The position numbers were made by a program, and so were the translations under genes. Source: Catajapyx aquilonaris (taxonomy: Eukaryota). Taken from it: a stretch of DNA of 42,413 bases. Positions within the stretch are counted from its first letter, which is position 1. Each line of letters begins with the position of its first letter. Of this stretch, positions 11,652 to 22,180 are shown in pieces. Below the pieces are notes generated by a model. That model saw nothing but the letters and a program-made list of their open reading frames with translations. It was not told where the DNA came from and ran no database searches. The stretch covers positions 1 to 42,413 of the forward strand of contig KZ538887.1 in NCBI GenBank assembly GCA_000934665.2, given 5' to 3'.

Positions 11652-11777
11652 GCACTCTCCATGTGCTGATGTTTGAATTGGCCCGCCGGCCGGGGTTGCC
11701 AGGTAACGCACTACAACATAAGCCGCTTAGGCCGAATTTGTCAGTAGCAGTTCGGACAAAAAAGTTGGACCACCCTG
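11652..11777 (+). mobile_element. Half copy of the 22181-22556 MITE family
   Basis: Matches 22425-22556 and ends AAGTTGGACCACCCTG-TA. Confidence 0.85.
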
Positions 11778-11779
11778 TA

Positions 11780-13000
11780 TATAAAGCCCCAATCCGAGGA
11801 GGATATAGGATGGAAAAGATTTCTCACTTCCCGGCGTCGCAGAGACCTCGGACTTGCACCGTTGCATTTCTAGCTTCCGGTATACCGATGCCAAAAATCC
11901 TCATAACCGCAAAATTCCCAGCCGTTTTCGAGATCGCCAAATTAAATGTAGACGCAAACCCAAGGTCGCGAAATTAATGTATCCGCAAACTCCCCCGGAT
12001 CCCCGAGAACAATGGCCCATCCACTCCTCTCCACACCCTGTCACTCAAACCGGCCCTCAAGCCAGCCGTTGGAATGATACGTCGCTGATGCCCTGATGGT
12101 CCCACCTGTCGTCCCAAGCGCTGTTTTGAACGATACGTCTGAGAGGGCACGTTCGGAAACTCCTCATCGCTACCGGTGACGTCACTGATTTCTGTAACCG
12201 GATGGATTAGGCGGAATACGGGCACCGCGCCTGAGGCGCGCAGGTGGGGCGCAGCCCCACGGGGGGGTCCGGGGGGGGGGCGGGGGCGGAGCCCCACCGG
12301 CTCGCAAAGCGAGTCCGAGGATATAGGAGGAGGAGGATGGAAAAGATTTCGCACTTCCCGAGGTCGTACAGCTCTGGTCGAAATTCCGTTGGATTTCTTG
12401 CCACCGGTTTAGCGATGCCAAAAATCCTCAAAATCGCAAAATTCCCAGCCGTTTTGGACTTGGCAAAAAGTCGACTTTTGCACGTGCCAGCTTGTCCATC
12501 TGCTCCTCATTAAGCCGTCGGAGAACAATAGCCCCTCTCCGGCGCTCCCTCCCCCCATCTGCTCACAATCTGGATCTACTCTAATCCCATCTCAGTGCCT
12601 TTTCTCACCATACGTCAGCTAGGGCGCATTCTCCTACTACACACCTTTCGCGATGACGTCACGGGTTCTGTAAACGGATGCCACCCCGTTCCCACCGATT
12701 TTTGCGTAAAAAGACTTGCTCTGTTCTCATCGGAGAGTGGGGTATAAGTGTGAGGCGGCCGGGTGCACTGGGCCTCGGAGAGTTACGGAGACCGAGGAGG
12801 ACCTGCGCGTAAGTGGGGCCCAGCCCCACGGGGGGGTGTGGGGGGGCGTAGCGCCCCCGCCTCGCAAAGCGAGTCTCCAAAACTAGAGCTGATTTGGCAA
12901 AACGGATGCCAGTTTTGGAATCAGCTCCACAAATATACCCTAAAATCGGTCTAACTTTCAAGGCACCAAAATGTGTCTTTCCCAGTGTTATTATTGTGGT
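11780..13000 (+). mobile_element. Interspersed repeat with two diverged ~520-560-bp tandem units; Helitron/Helentron-like non-autonomous element (tentative)
   Basis: Units start TCCGAGGA..GGATGGAAAAGATTTC at about 11793 and 12314. Each ends in GGGGG..AGCCCC..CTCGCAAAGCGAG hairpin motifs. An inverted copy of unit 1 lies at 24816-25267. Family assignment is inference. Confidence 0.5.
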
Positions 13001-13282
13001 TGGATCGGTTATACAAGTATTGTAAGTTCGCGTCAATGGATCCCAACCTGACGCAGCAGTAACAGCACATTCTCAGCCTCTGGATAAGTTCCAACTTTCG
13101 CCATAACCTCTTACAATAGTAATATGGTTGGAAGTGCGCTTCCATGGCAATGAGGTATTGTTACATAAAATAATAAAAAATTGTATTTGATTCCGAAATG
13201 GTGGAAATAATTATTAGCCAATTTTTTCGAGATAGACAGTGTTTATCACTATTAGTGATATCTACATTCCGACACTCCACAG

Positions 13283-13590
13283 ATCCTTGATGACATGAAC
13301 GTGCCCCGACTCTTCCAAGTTTCAAACATCAGGTCCACAACCCGCGTTAAGTCGAATGTCTGCAACCTGCCCCTGCGCTTGATGGCCAACGGCTGGTATC
13401 ATACCAGGTCCAGTTTAGCTTAGCGGACTTCACCGCCCAAGCATACGGGACCAACTACGTTGAGACCCTGAGAGTGCAGATACACGCCAACTGCTGTATC
13501 CGCAGGGTGTACTTCTCCGACAATCTCTATTCGGACGACGAGCTGCCTGACGAATACAAAATATACCTGGCTTACCCGTGAAAGTAGAAA
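13283..13590 (+). pseudogene. CFAP20: CFAP20 (BUG22/C16orf80, DUF667) C-terminal-half exon, frameshifted
   Basis: After acceptor [44 protein letters not shown]/(shift near 13397-13403)[55 protein letters not shown]/(shift)LPV. This matches the CFAP20 signature [36 protein letters not shown]. Confidence 0.9.
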
Positions 13591-13622
13591 GCAATGTGGG
13601 AGCCAGAGCTCCAGAAAAGTGC

Positions 13623-13863
13623 TTGTCTGAGAAGTACACCCTGCGGATACAGCAGTTGGCGTGTATCTGCACTCTCAGGGTCTCAACGTAGTTGGTCCCG
13701 TATGCTTGGGCGGTGAAGTCCGCTAAGCTAAACTGGACCTGGTATGATACCAGCCGTTGGCCATCAAGCGCAGGGGCAGGTTGCAGACATTCCACTTAAC
13801 GCGGGTTGTGGACCTGATGTTTGAAACTTGGAAGAGTCGGGGGACGTTCATGTCATCAAGGAT
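13623..13863 (-). pseudogene. CFAP20: Inverted, 3'-truncated second copy of the CFAP20 fragment
   Basis: ORF 13430..13795(-) contains [39 protein letters not shown] and carries the same frameshift as the + copy. Confidence 0.88.
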
Positions 13864-15033
13864 CTGTGGAGAGTCGGAATGTAGATATCACTAATAGTGA
13901 TAAACACTCTCTATCTCGAAAAAATTGGCTAATAATTATTTCCACCATTTCGGAATCAAATACAATTTTTTATTATTTTATGTAACAATACCTCATTGCC
14001 ATGGAAGCGCACTTCCAACCATATTACTATTGTAAGAGGTTATGGCGAAAGTTGGAACTTATCCAGAGGCTGAGAATGTGCTGTTACTGCTGCGTCAGGT
14101 TGGGATCCATTGACGCGAACTTACAATACTTGTATAACCGATCCAACCACAATAATAACACTGGGAAACACACATTTTGGAGCCTTGAAAGTTAGACCGA
14201 TTTTAGGGTATATTTGTGGCGCTGATTCCAAAACTGGCATCCGTTTTGCCAAATCAGCTCTAGTTTTGGAGACTCGCTTTGCGAGGCGGGGGCGCTTCGC
14301 CCGCCCCCACACACCCCCCCGTGGGGCTGGGCCCCACTTGCGCGCCTGCGGCGCGAATTGGTCCGCTCCCGCGCAGGTCCTCCTCGGTCTCCGTAACTCT
14401 CCGAGGCCAAGTGCACCCGGCCGCCTCACACTTATACCCCACTCTCCGATGCGAACAGAGCAAGTCTTTTTACGCGAAAATCGGTGGGAACGGGGTGGCA
14501 TCCGTTTACAGAACCCGTTAAGTCATCGCGAAAGGTGTGTAGTAGGAGAATACGCCCTAGCTGACGTATGGTGAGAAAAGGCACTGAGATGGGATTAGAG
14601 TAGATCCAGATTGTGAGCAGATGGGGGGAGGGAGCGCCGGAGAGGGGCTGTCATTGTTCTCCGGCGGCTTAATGAGGAGCAGATGGACAAGCTGGCACGC
14701 GCAAAAGTCGACTTTTTGCCAAGTCCAAAACGGCTCGGAATTTTGCGATTTTGAGGATTTTTGGCATCGTTAAACCGGTGGCAAGAAATCCAACGGAATT
14801 TCGACCAGAGCTGTACGACCTCGGGTATTAAATTTTACAAGTGATAGAGATTTCATCCCATTGTCCACCAAATGTAAAAATGCAAGAAGTGTGTGATTGA
14901 TATGGACACTTGAACAATAACACTGTTTGTTACAATAGGGGTCATTCTAATTTCCTTCTGCCTGCACCTCATCCTATTCATGCAGCGTATCCTGACATTC
15001 GAGCTAAAACTCTTGCACCGGTCTTGACCATGT

Positions 15034-15139
15034 CTGGAGCATGTCTTGACATCCAATGTAACCAACCTCATGTGACACTGGCAAGCACTTGCCAGTGTCA
15101 CATGAGGTTGGTTACATTGGATGTCAAGACATGCTCCAG
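15034..15139. repeat. Perfect hairpin, 52-bp arms, CA spacer
   Basis: CTGGAGCATGTC...CACTGGCAAG-ca-CTTGCCAGTG...GACATGCTCCAG. Confidence 0.95.
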
Positions 15140-15221
15140 CACTACACTTTGGTCATGTATGGTAGGTAGCCAGTGCACCCAGGTGCACTGGCTACCTACC
15201 ATATATGACCAAAGTGTAGTG
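15140..15221. repeat. Near-perfect hairpin, 40-bp arms, CA spacer, abutting the previous one
   Basis: CACTACACTTTGGTCATgTATGG...GTGCACC-ca-GGTGCAC...CCATAtATGACCAAAGTGTAGTG, with a single G:T mismatch. Confidence 0.95.
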
Positions 15222-17969
15222 GCCCCTGGTACGATTGCACTTCATGACATCGGGCCTGTCTATCATCCGTCTTGAGGGAATATGTGCGTGCTAAGAGCAG
15301 GCTTGGTGGGAAAGGACCAGTGAAAGAGCCCAAATTAGAATGGTCATTTATTTGACTGCGTTCAACACAATTCCCGGATTTGTATGCGAGATATAACCGG
15401 ATATAAAATAATGTCACATGGAGAGGGGTCAAGTACAATAGTTGTCGAAAAAGTAGAATAAAAATTTGATTGCAGAATCATCATTTACAGTTACATGATT
15501 ATTTCAAAGAGCCAAATCAAAGGATAACAAATGATGAAGCGACCATTTGAAATGCTTAGAACAAAACCTTTTCAGTATGTAGCTCATAAATTCCTCTATG
15601 GTTGTAGAAAAATTTCTGCAATATACAATACTGTAGTACAAGACCTCGTTTAGATGAAAGTGATCCGATCAACCGCATGGAGACAGAGGGGAAACCTTTC
15701 TTCAACTACCTATCCTATCGAAGAGTAACACTGCTCCCAATCACATTATCATTGTGATTATTCTCCGAGATATACGAGCAACGTTAACTGCATTGTGAGA
15801 ACTAGTGAAAAGCATTAATAACAAGATAGAAGATAGGCACGTCCTCGGATCACCTGTCTGATGGTTTAGCTGCAAAATGGCAACACTTCCCCTGAAATCC
15901 TAAAAAAGAGCATTTTGTGTGAAAATTTCCTACGTCATATTTAGTGAAACGCTCGGTTTCTCAATGTTATTTTAAATTAGCAACTATTTTTCACTGTGAC
16001 GGTATTTTTGTCCCATCACTAAAAGTGAGCAGTTGCGCTGGTGTTGACTGCTCTATGCCTTAGGCTAGTGCTCATTAAAAACCTTCAGTAATCAATGCCA
16101 AATATGATGTTAATCGTAGGATTATGGGGCATCCATCATCAAGTAAGTTACTACATGCTGCAGTTGGTTATGCCTTATGAGGTTGTGCGAAAATTATATT
16201 TTGCACTCTCATTTTCTTGGAGTAATCCTATTGTTATAGGCCTACATAATTGGCATGTCTCTACGAGCCGTCCTGTTTTTTAAATGATCTTCTTGCTTCA
16301 CATTTTCTATAAGAATGAAATGGGCTTCCGGCTATTGTTCAATAGTGTTATTAAACCTGCCATCCAGTTTCTAAATCAGAATATTATTGAGGCCCAACTC
16401 GCCTGATCTGTTACAAGCACTCGTAATGAGGTAATTAGAAATTAGGCCCTTTTTTGGGACGGAGCGCTCATATACACAGACCTGTACGTTCTACTCCAGT
16501 TCAAATGATGTAAGGTCAGTAGCCTCAGAAGTTTTCAGCCTCAATTTATATCATATTGGCGAATTCGACATCCTGATTTCCATGCAATCGATAAGCTTAG
16601 AATAAGTCAAAACGGAAGTGGAAGGTATCAAACGGAAGCTATACTTTTGCGTTTTCATCCAGATACAGAAGAATTTGTGGTTGCCTGGTAACTACGGGGT
16701 GTTACACTCTCAAAATAGCGACCAAAGTCCATCTCTCTATACACGCATAAAATACCTCGCAATTGTTAAGCGGATCACGATTGTGATCTATACAAGCGAC
16801 TTAAACACAATAAATATATAGAACTCTTCTGAATAATTTCAGCTATATGACTTTCTCGAGTAGGCCTACTAATACGGCTAGAGAAATATGAAATATACCC
16901 CAGTGACGTCTTATTTACTTTTGAGCAGTCTCTGAACAATCTCCTTTTTACTCTCAATGCACTTCCATGGTGAGGTGCACTCCTTCACGATGATATGACT
17001 CTTTAATAAATTTTAATTCCACTTCACTAATTACTGCGCTACATAAGTATTTTGCCAGGTTGCAATATCGCCTCATACATGTATCGTACACTGTAAAGAA
17101 TTTTACATTACCATTCACAAGTCTTGAATACATCAACTCACCTTGACGATATTTTCTGACCGCTCTCCACTGCAATGTAAGTGAATATGGCTGTACCACA
17201 ACTATATTTACGTTGACTTTTAGCAGACATCTAGTATTCATTAACCTTTTTTTGTGTCACACCATACGAGACTTTCGACTCCTGTTTCTTGGCTTCCGTT
17301 TACAAGGCACAAGTGTGATAATGATGATGAGTCTGACTCCAGTTGCTGACTAATGACCTAAACGCAAACCAGAGTGACGAATAAATTGCGTCCTTGGGAA
17401 TACAATATTAATTACATTCCTCTCCCTCTCTCTTGCATACAAATTCTCGATGGGGATATTCCCAGATGGCCTGACCTTTAAGCTGGAAAAATACATAGAG
17501 GAAAGGCGAAAAATATTGTATGATTCGGGATAATCTTGCTTAAAAATTCTTGACGTGATGGAGGGTCTGAATAAATGGGATTGAAAATTCTAAAGATAAG
17601 TCATTTTATGTGGCACCAACCGGACTTTTTATTGCCCATAAACTCTTCCAGACACAGGACAATTGAAAGCTAATACAGGTTACGCATTTTTTTTTTACCT
17701 TTATTTTAAAACTTGTGGTTGAATGTGGTGGTCGGGCAAAGCAACAGCATTTTCTAATTTTTAAAAAAATTTAGACTGCATTGCAGCCTCCAGCCACCAA
17801 GAAAATGCGCTGCTTTGCCAACCAGATAATGACCTATGTCAAAAAATATATTCTAGACTAACGTCAGGGAATGAAATGAAATCATACTTGAAACGTCGAC
17901 TGTCAGATAAATGACTCTTTTTTTTGCAATGTTGAATTTGGCATAAAATGAAAAAAGAAAATACGCTTC

Positions 17970-18555
17970 TTAACCAAACCTTATAAAGTTGTTGTCGATA
18001 TTACCCCATGTCCTCTTGGTAACCGCTCCCGTCCGACGTGGGTATATGTTCCCTAGTGGGAAGTACGATGTGAATCGGCCTCTAACAATAGGAGGCAGGC
18101 GCCAGAGGCCATCGGAATAGAACTTGCTGACTCCACTGACCATTGTAGGATCGATGACAAAGAAGGGCCGGACATGACGATGCTCTGTTTCGGACAACAG
18201 GCTTGGTACCGATGGCTCTTCTTCCTCCTCATCCTGCTCCTGTTCGTCCCAGTCGTCCAGAGTGGTCACCACTGACCTCTTCTGCCTGGAGCCAGGCTTC
18301 TGGCTGACCTCATTCCGGAAGAATGTTCTTCCAAAGCGGAGGAAGTTGCGATCCATACCTTGGGCGCGCCCGAACCTCATGAAGTTCTTGTCCAGATCGC
18401 TTCTTCGTGACAAGATGGCGCGGAAGTAATCGGCCTTTGTTCTCTTCGGAGGCTTCTGAGATGGCGGGACACCCAGTCGTCCACTCTCAACTTCTTCATC
18501 ATCGTCATCGTCTAACATTTCTTCTGGGGCTCTTTTTCCTGCAGACGGATGCGAC
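17970..18555 (-). CDS. FMRFa: FMRFamide-like neuropeptide precursor, last coding exon
   Basis: Acceptor CTTGCAG|G at 18556/18555, phase 2, matches the upstream donor. Encodes RR-SDLDKNFMRFG-R, AQGMDRNFLRFG-R and KR-TWGNIDNNFIRFG-stop, with acidic spacers and dibasic sites. AATAAA on the minus strand near 17700 and 17630. Confidence 0.93.
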
Positions 18556-18618
18556 CTGCAAGCATCAAATAATTTTTTGCAAATATAACGTACTTATTAC
18601 GTCAATTTCTCGATTCGC

Positions 18619-18671
18619 CAATGAGCGCGAGGCGGGCAGCTGTCGCGACAGCTGCCGCCTCGCGCTCATTG
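18619..18671. repeat. GC-rich zero-spacer palindrome in the FMRFa intron
   Basis: CAATGAGCGCGAGGCGgGCAGCTGTCG|CGACAGCTGCCGCCTCGCGCTCATTG, with a one-base bulge. Confidence 0.9.
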
Positions 18672-19146
18672 TCGCTACTACTAACGAAAGTACATCATCA
18701 GTTAAATTTTTTAAACGCGCAGCTTCCGGTCGATTTAACTTGGAGCTGCTTTTGTTTGATAGTTCGGAGTGGATTCCGGCTTTGGCAACCCTTTGTTAGT
18801 GCTTGATGCATCGTTCCATTGCAAAAAATACCAATACGGTATCAATAAGTTGTGTCACATCTATTCAACTTTCCGCAGGTACAGGCTTGTATGCCGCAAT
18901 CGGATTTAGTCTGTTAGCCGTGCTGTTAGCCTACATGCCATTGGAATCGGTTTGTGCAATACTATGTGCATTAGTGTACGATACCTAATTAACGATACGC
19001 AAAGCTCATTGCCATGGCCTCCAACTACATTTAAAAAAATTATCATCAGGTAAGCCAATTTTGTGTGAATTAAACCAAGGGGGTAACCACTCGACTGAAA
19101 AGTGTACAGTGGAGTACCAAATTCAAGGAGTTCCAAAGAGTAATGT

Positions 19147-19823
19147 CAGGGAGCATAATATACTACATAAGAGGCGCAAACATTCGATATTTGCGTCTCT
19201 CTGTTTGGGGCGTTGCCAGGGCTGGCGGCCATTTTGAAGTGTGTGGAACGCCAACGAGGTATAAATAGGGTACAGGCACCGAAGCAGTAGTGGTGGAGTG
19301 GATATGGTATCCGACTGCTAATCGGGAGGTCCTGGGTTCGAATCCCGGAGGCCGGCGACCCTGACCATGGTTTTCTGTGGTTTCCCATGGTCCTTGCAGG
19401 ATAATTCCGGGGTCGTTACCGTAATATAGGCCACAGCCGCTTCCTTCCTTCCCTTTCCCTGCTTCATTTCAGATGATGAGAAAATAGTAAAAAAATGGAA
19501 GAGTTCCAGACAAAAAAATTGGGAGAAATCCCCCCCTAGGAAGGCCCGTAGGCTGATAATGGGGTATCAAATTATTTAAAAAGTAGGGTACAGGCAAAAA
19601 TAGGGTCTGCCATCTTTGATTCGCGCGTGTTCTTGCCTTTCTTGCCATGTAGTTGCCATGGCCGCCACAATCATCAAAGATGGCGGACCCTATTTTTGCC
19701 TGTACCCTATTTATACCTCGTTGGCGTTCCACACACTTCAAAATGGCCGCCAGCCTTGGCAACGCCTCAAACATCAAAGGCGCCGACAGAAGTTTTCGCC
19801 TCTTATGTGGTATATGCTCCCTG
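19147..19823. mobile_element. MITE with ~130-bp inverted arms (CAGGGAGCATA termini; P/hAT-like, tentative)
   Basis: 19147-19277 is the inverse of about 19697-19823. Flanks GTAATGT / GTAAGGT look like a decayed TSD. Confidence 0.75.
19284..19470 (+). mobile_element. tRNA-derived SINE
   Basis: A-box-like TGGTGGAGTGG, stem-loop TCCGA-CTGCTAA-TCGGG and B-box GGTTCGAATCCC, then the body GGTTTTCTGTGGTTTCCC...AGGCCACAGCCGCTTCCTTCC typical of insect SINEs. Confidence 0.8.
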
Positions 19824-21580
19824 GTAAGGTATACATAAGTAGTACGGTACCTGGGAGTACCACTCGTAGGTGTACACCGAAGTGGTTACCCCCTTGAATT
19901 AGACTCTATAACAATGAATGACTTTCACACCATAAATGCAGGTTATTTATAGAGCACACAATATCGAACTCAAATTGTCCCCACAGGCACAAAAGACAGC
20001 TTGAACAAAGGTGACCGATTCCGGTATTTCACCCTTCCTCATTTAGTGTGTGACAACAATGCGACAAAGTAATTAAAACGTGATGTACGCCTACATAATT
20101 CAGCCGGCACGAAGTTAAGCCAGTGGTGAGTAAAACATTTGTAAATGCAACGCCAGGTAGCATATACCAACAACTCGAATAATTGCGCAACTGTCCTCGG
20201 TTGGAACGTCAGAAAATTACACTGTAAATCCTTTGAACACAAAATGTTGAACTGCAAAAAAATGTGCCAGTGGAAACAGGTCTTACGTTAATGCATCCGA
20301 ATTTCTTTTGCCACCACTGAATAGTACGGTACTCTATAGCACCCATTATTTGGTATTCCATTCATCATTCTGCTGTAAGCGAAATAGCTCCACCATTCAA
20401 AGGAAGCTACAAAGGAGTCTGCAACAAGGAATACACTCATTTCTATATGCAAAAAAAAAAAATCAAAATCAAAAGTCTGCCTGCATTAGAGGTGATGTGA
20501 AAGAAGGTCAGTTTTGCATACAGTGTATATATTTGTTTCAGAAGTGTCCCCATGTGTAACTGGACCCCTCATGCAATATATCGTCATGAGCGGTTTGCGG
20601 TGCCCGGATCCAAATCGCCCACCGGATCCTGCTACTCCGGACTTGATGATAAACGGTCTCTGACACCGGCTGGTGGTCGCGACACGTTTCAATTAGTCTT
20701 GGACTCTGTGGTTACTACAAAAAAAAAATGGCAGGAAAAATTATGACTAATGTGTCCAGCTGTTCAATTGTTTATGATTTCAGCGTGAAGGCCGTTTTAA
20801 ACTACTGTTTCACATTTCGTTGCATTGTATTATAAGCTGCGATTTAGCGACTGTATGTTACGTAATATTGTCCCCCTAAAGGGGCTCTGCTCCAACAATG
20901 GGGTTACTTAAATAATAAATAAATAAAATAAAATAAATATAGGTTACCAACCCTGCTGGTTGTTTTGTAGTCAACAAAATCGCTTCTAACTGCTATATAT
21001 TAGCCGATTACTGCTCTCCAGATAATTCCAGGCTTCTACAAAAATGGCCAGAAGGTGTTGTTCATGTAAATTATACCCCGTAGGACTAACAGGCTTCACC
21101 TTTCTCTACAAGGTTGGCCCAGTATTATTCTAGTCTTTGCAGACAAAATCACTCACTTGCCAAGGAAACAACAACAATAACAAGTGAACTGTAGTGAACA
21201 TTAATCTACACACATAATGAGTTCAAAAAGTTATCTATTTGCCAAAAGTTTCTTTTACCTTGACAAAAACACTGCACTTGATGTACAGGAGTTGAAGCGC
21301 TTAAAGGTCGGTTACAATCACCAACTTTCAGGAACAGTAGTTGTATAAAATGTACAGTACAATGCAAATTTCATCTTCATATTAAAACATATGCAATAAA
21401 TGTAATATGTGTAGGCCTCTCAACAAATAATTTAACCTCCAAAGTTGATTAATAACCAATTAGCTGAACTAGGAGTAGGCCTACATGTTCGTCAAATAAG
21501 TGATCGGTTAGAGGGGGTCCGGGCGGATCCGGGGTCCTCCCCAGGAAATTTTGGTATAGACATGCGCAGAGAATCCTTAC

Positions 21581-21789
21581 CAGTCGAAATCCGGATGCGA
21601 CTTCCCAAACCGTAGAAAACTTTGTTCCAGTTGCGACCTGGGAGCCACTTGAATGCTTCTGGATTCCCTTCCAGCTTCCTCGTCTGCAGATCCTGTGGGA
21701 GATGATGAGGATCCCACGGGATTGCAGCTGACGCCACTTAGCAGCCAGATGAGCAGAGGTAGAACCAACACCACTCGGCTACACTTCAT
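21581..21789 (-). CDS. FMRFa: FMRFamide-like neuropeptide precursor, first coding exon (signal peptide + first RFamide)
   Basis: Signal peptide MKCSRVVLVLPLLIWLLSGVSC and R-SQLEQSFLRFG-K. Donor TG|GTAAGG at 21581/21580; 209 nt, phase 2, joins 18555 in frame. Confidence 0.92.
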
Positions 21790-22180
21790 TGTTCTCTGCC
21801 AAGTAATTGCAGTGACGTCACACTTGGAACACCAAAAGGAAGCAAGTTATACCTTATGATCTACTCTGCTGCAGTCATTTAAAAAATGTGCTTCACTGCA
21901 GCGTATTAATAATAATTAACATCGTGTTTGTTCATTATTGATCATCAAAGCTGCCTGGAACTAAGCCGCTTGTCCAAATTTTGTTGGGATATTGTATCTT
22001 TTGACAGAATGTCACCTGCAGTTGACCATAAAGAGGTTGTTACTTAATCATGCTGAATAATGTTAGCCATGAAGTAAAATCCGATATTACTGATGCCACA
22101 CTGTACAGTTACAGGCCTATATTCTCTCACATAGGCATAATTAATTAATAATCATTCATTATTCAACAACATACTATATA

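Larger units (their letters stand above)
12357..14825. repeat. Large inverted duplication: arms 12357-13523 and 13623-14825, 99-bp spacer
   Basis: Outer ends CCCGAGGTCGTACAG / CTGTACGACCTCGGG and inner ends GTACTTCTCcGACAA / TTGTCtGAGAAGTAC. Mirror ORFs appear in the track (12951..13145- and 14001..14195+). Arms differ by scattered substitutions and a ~29-bp indel near 14345. Confidence 0.95.
19076..19896. mobile_element. Outer TIR element of a nested TE stack
   Basis: CAAGGGGGTAACCACT ... AGTGGTTACCCCCTTG, 16-bp inverted termini. Confidence 0.6.

Noticed and set aside
13430..13795. 121-aa ORF as a functional CFAP20
   Set aside because: Only about 40 aa are CFAP20-like. It is frameshifted upstream and reads into the antisense of the loop and the other arm.
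15600..15900. Possible RTE-LINE 3' relic (RPRIT motif)
   Set aside because: Too decayed to support a call by eye.
16954..17241. ORF with EGVHL, reminiscent of an SGNH-esterase LINE ORF1
   Set aside because: Single weak motif; insufficient support.
19284..19355. tRNA-Ser(GCT)-like gene
   Set aside because: No proper acceptor stem or long variable arm, and it runs into a SINE body.
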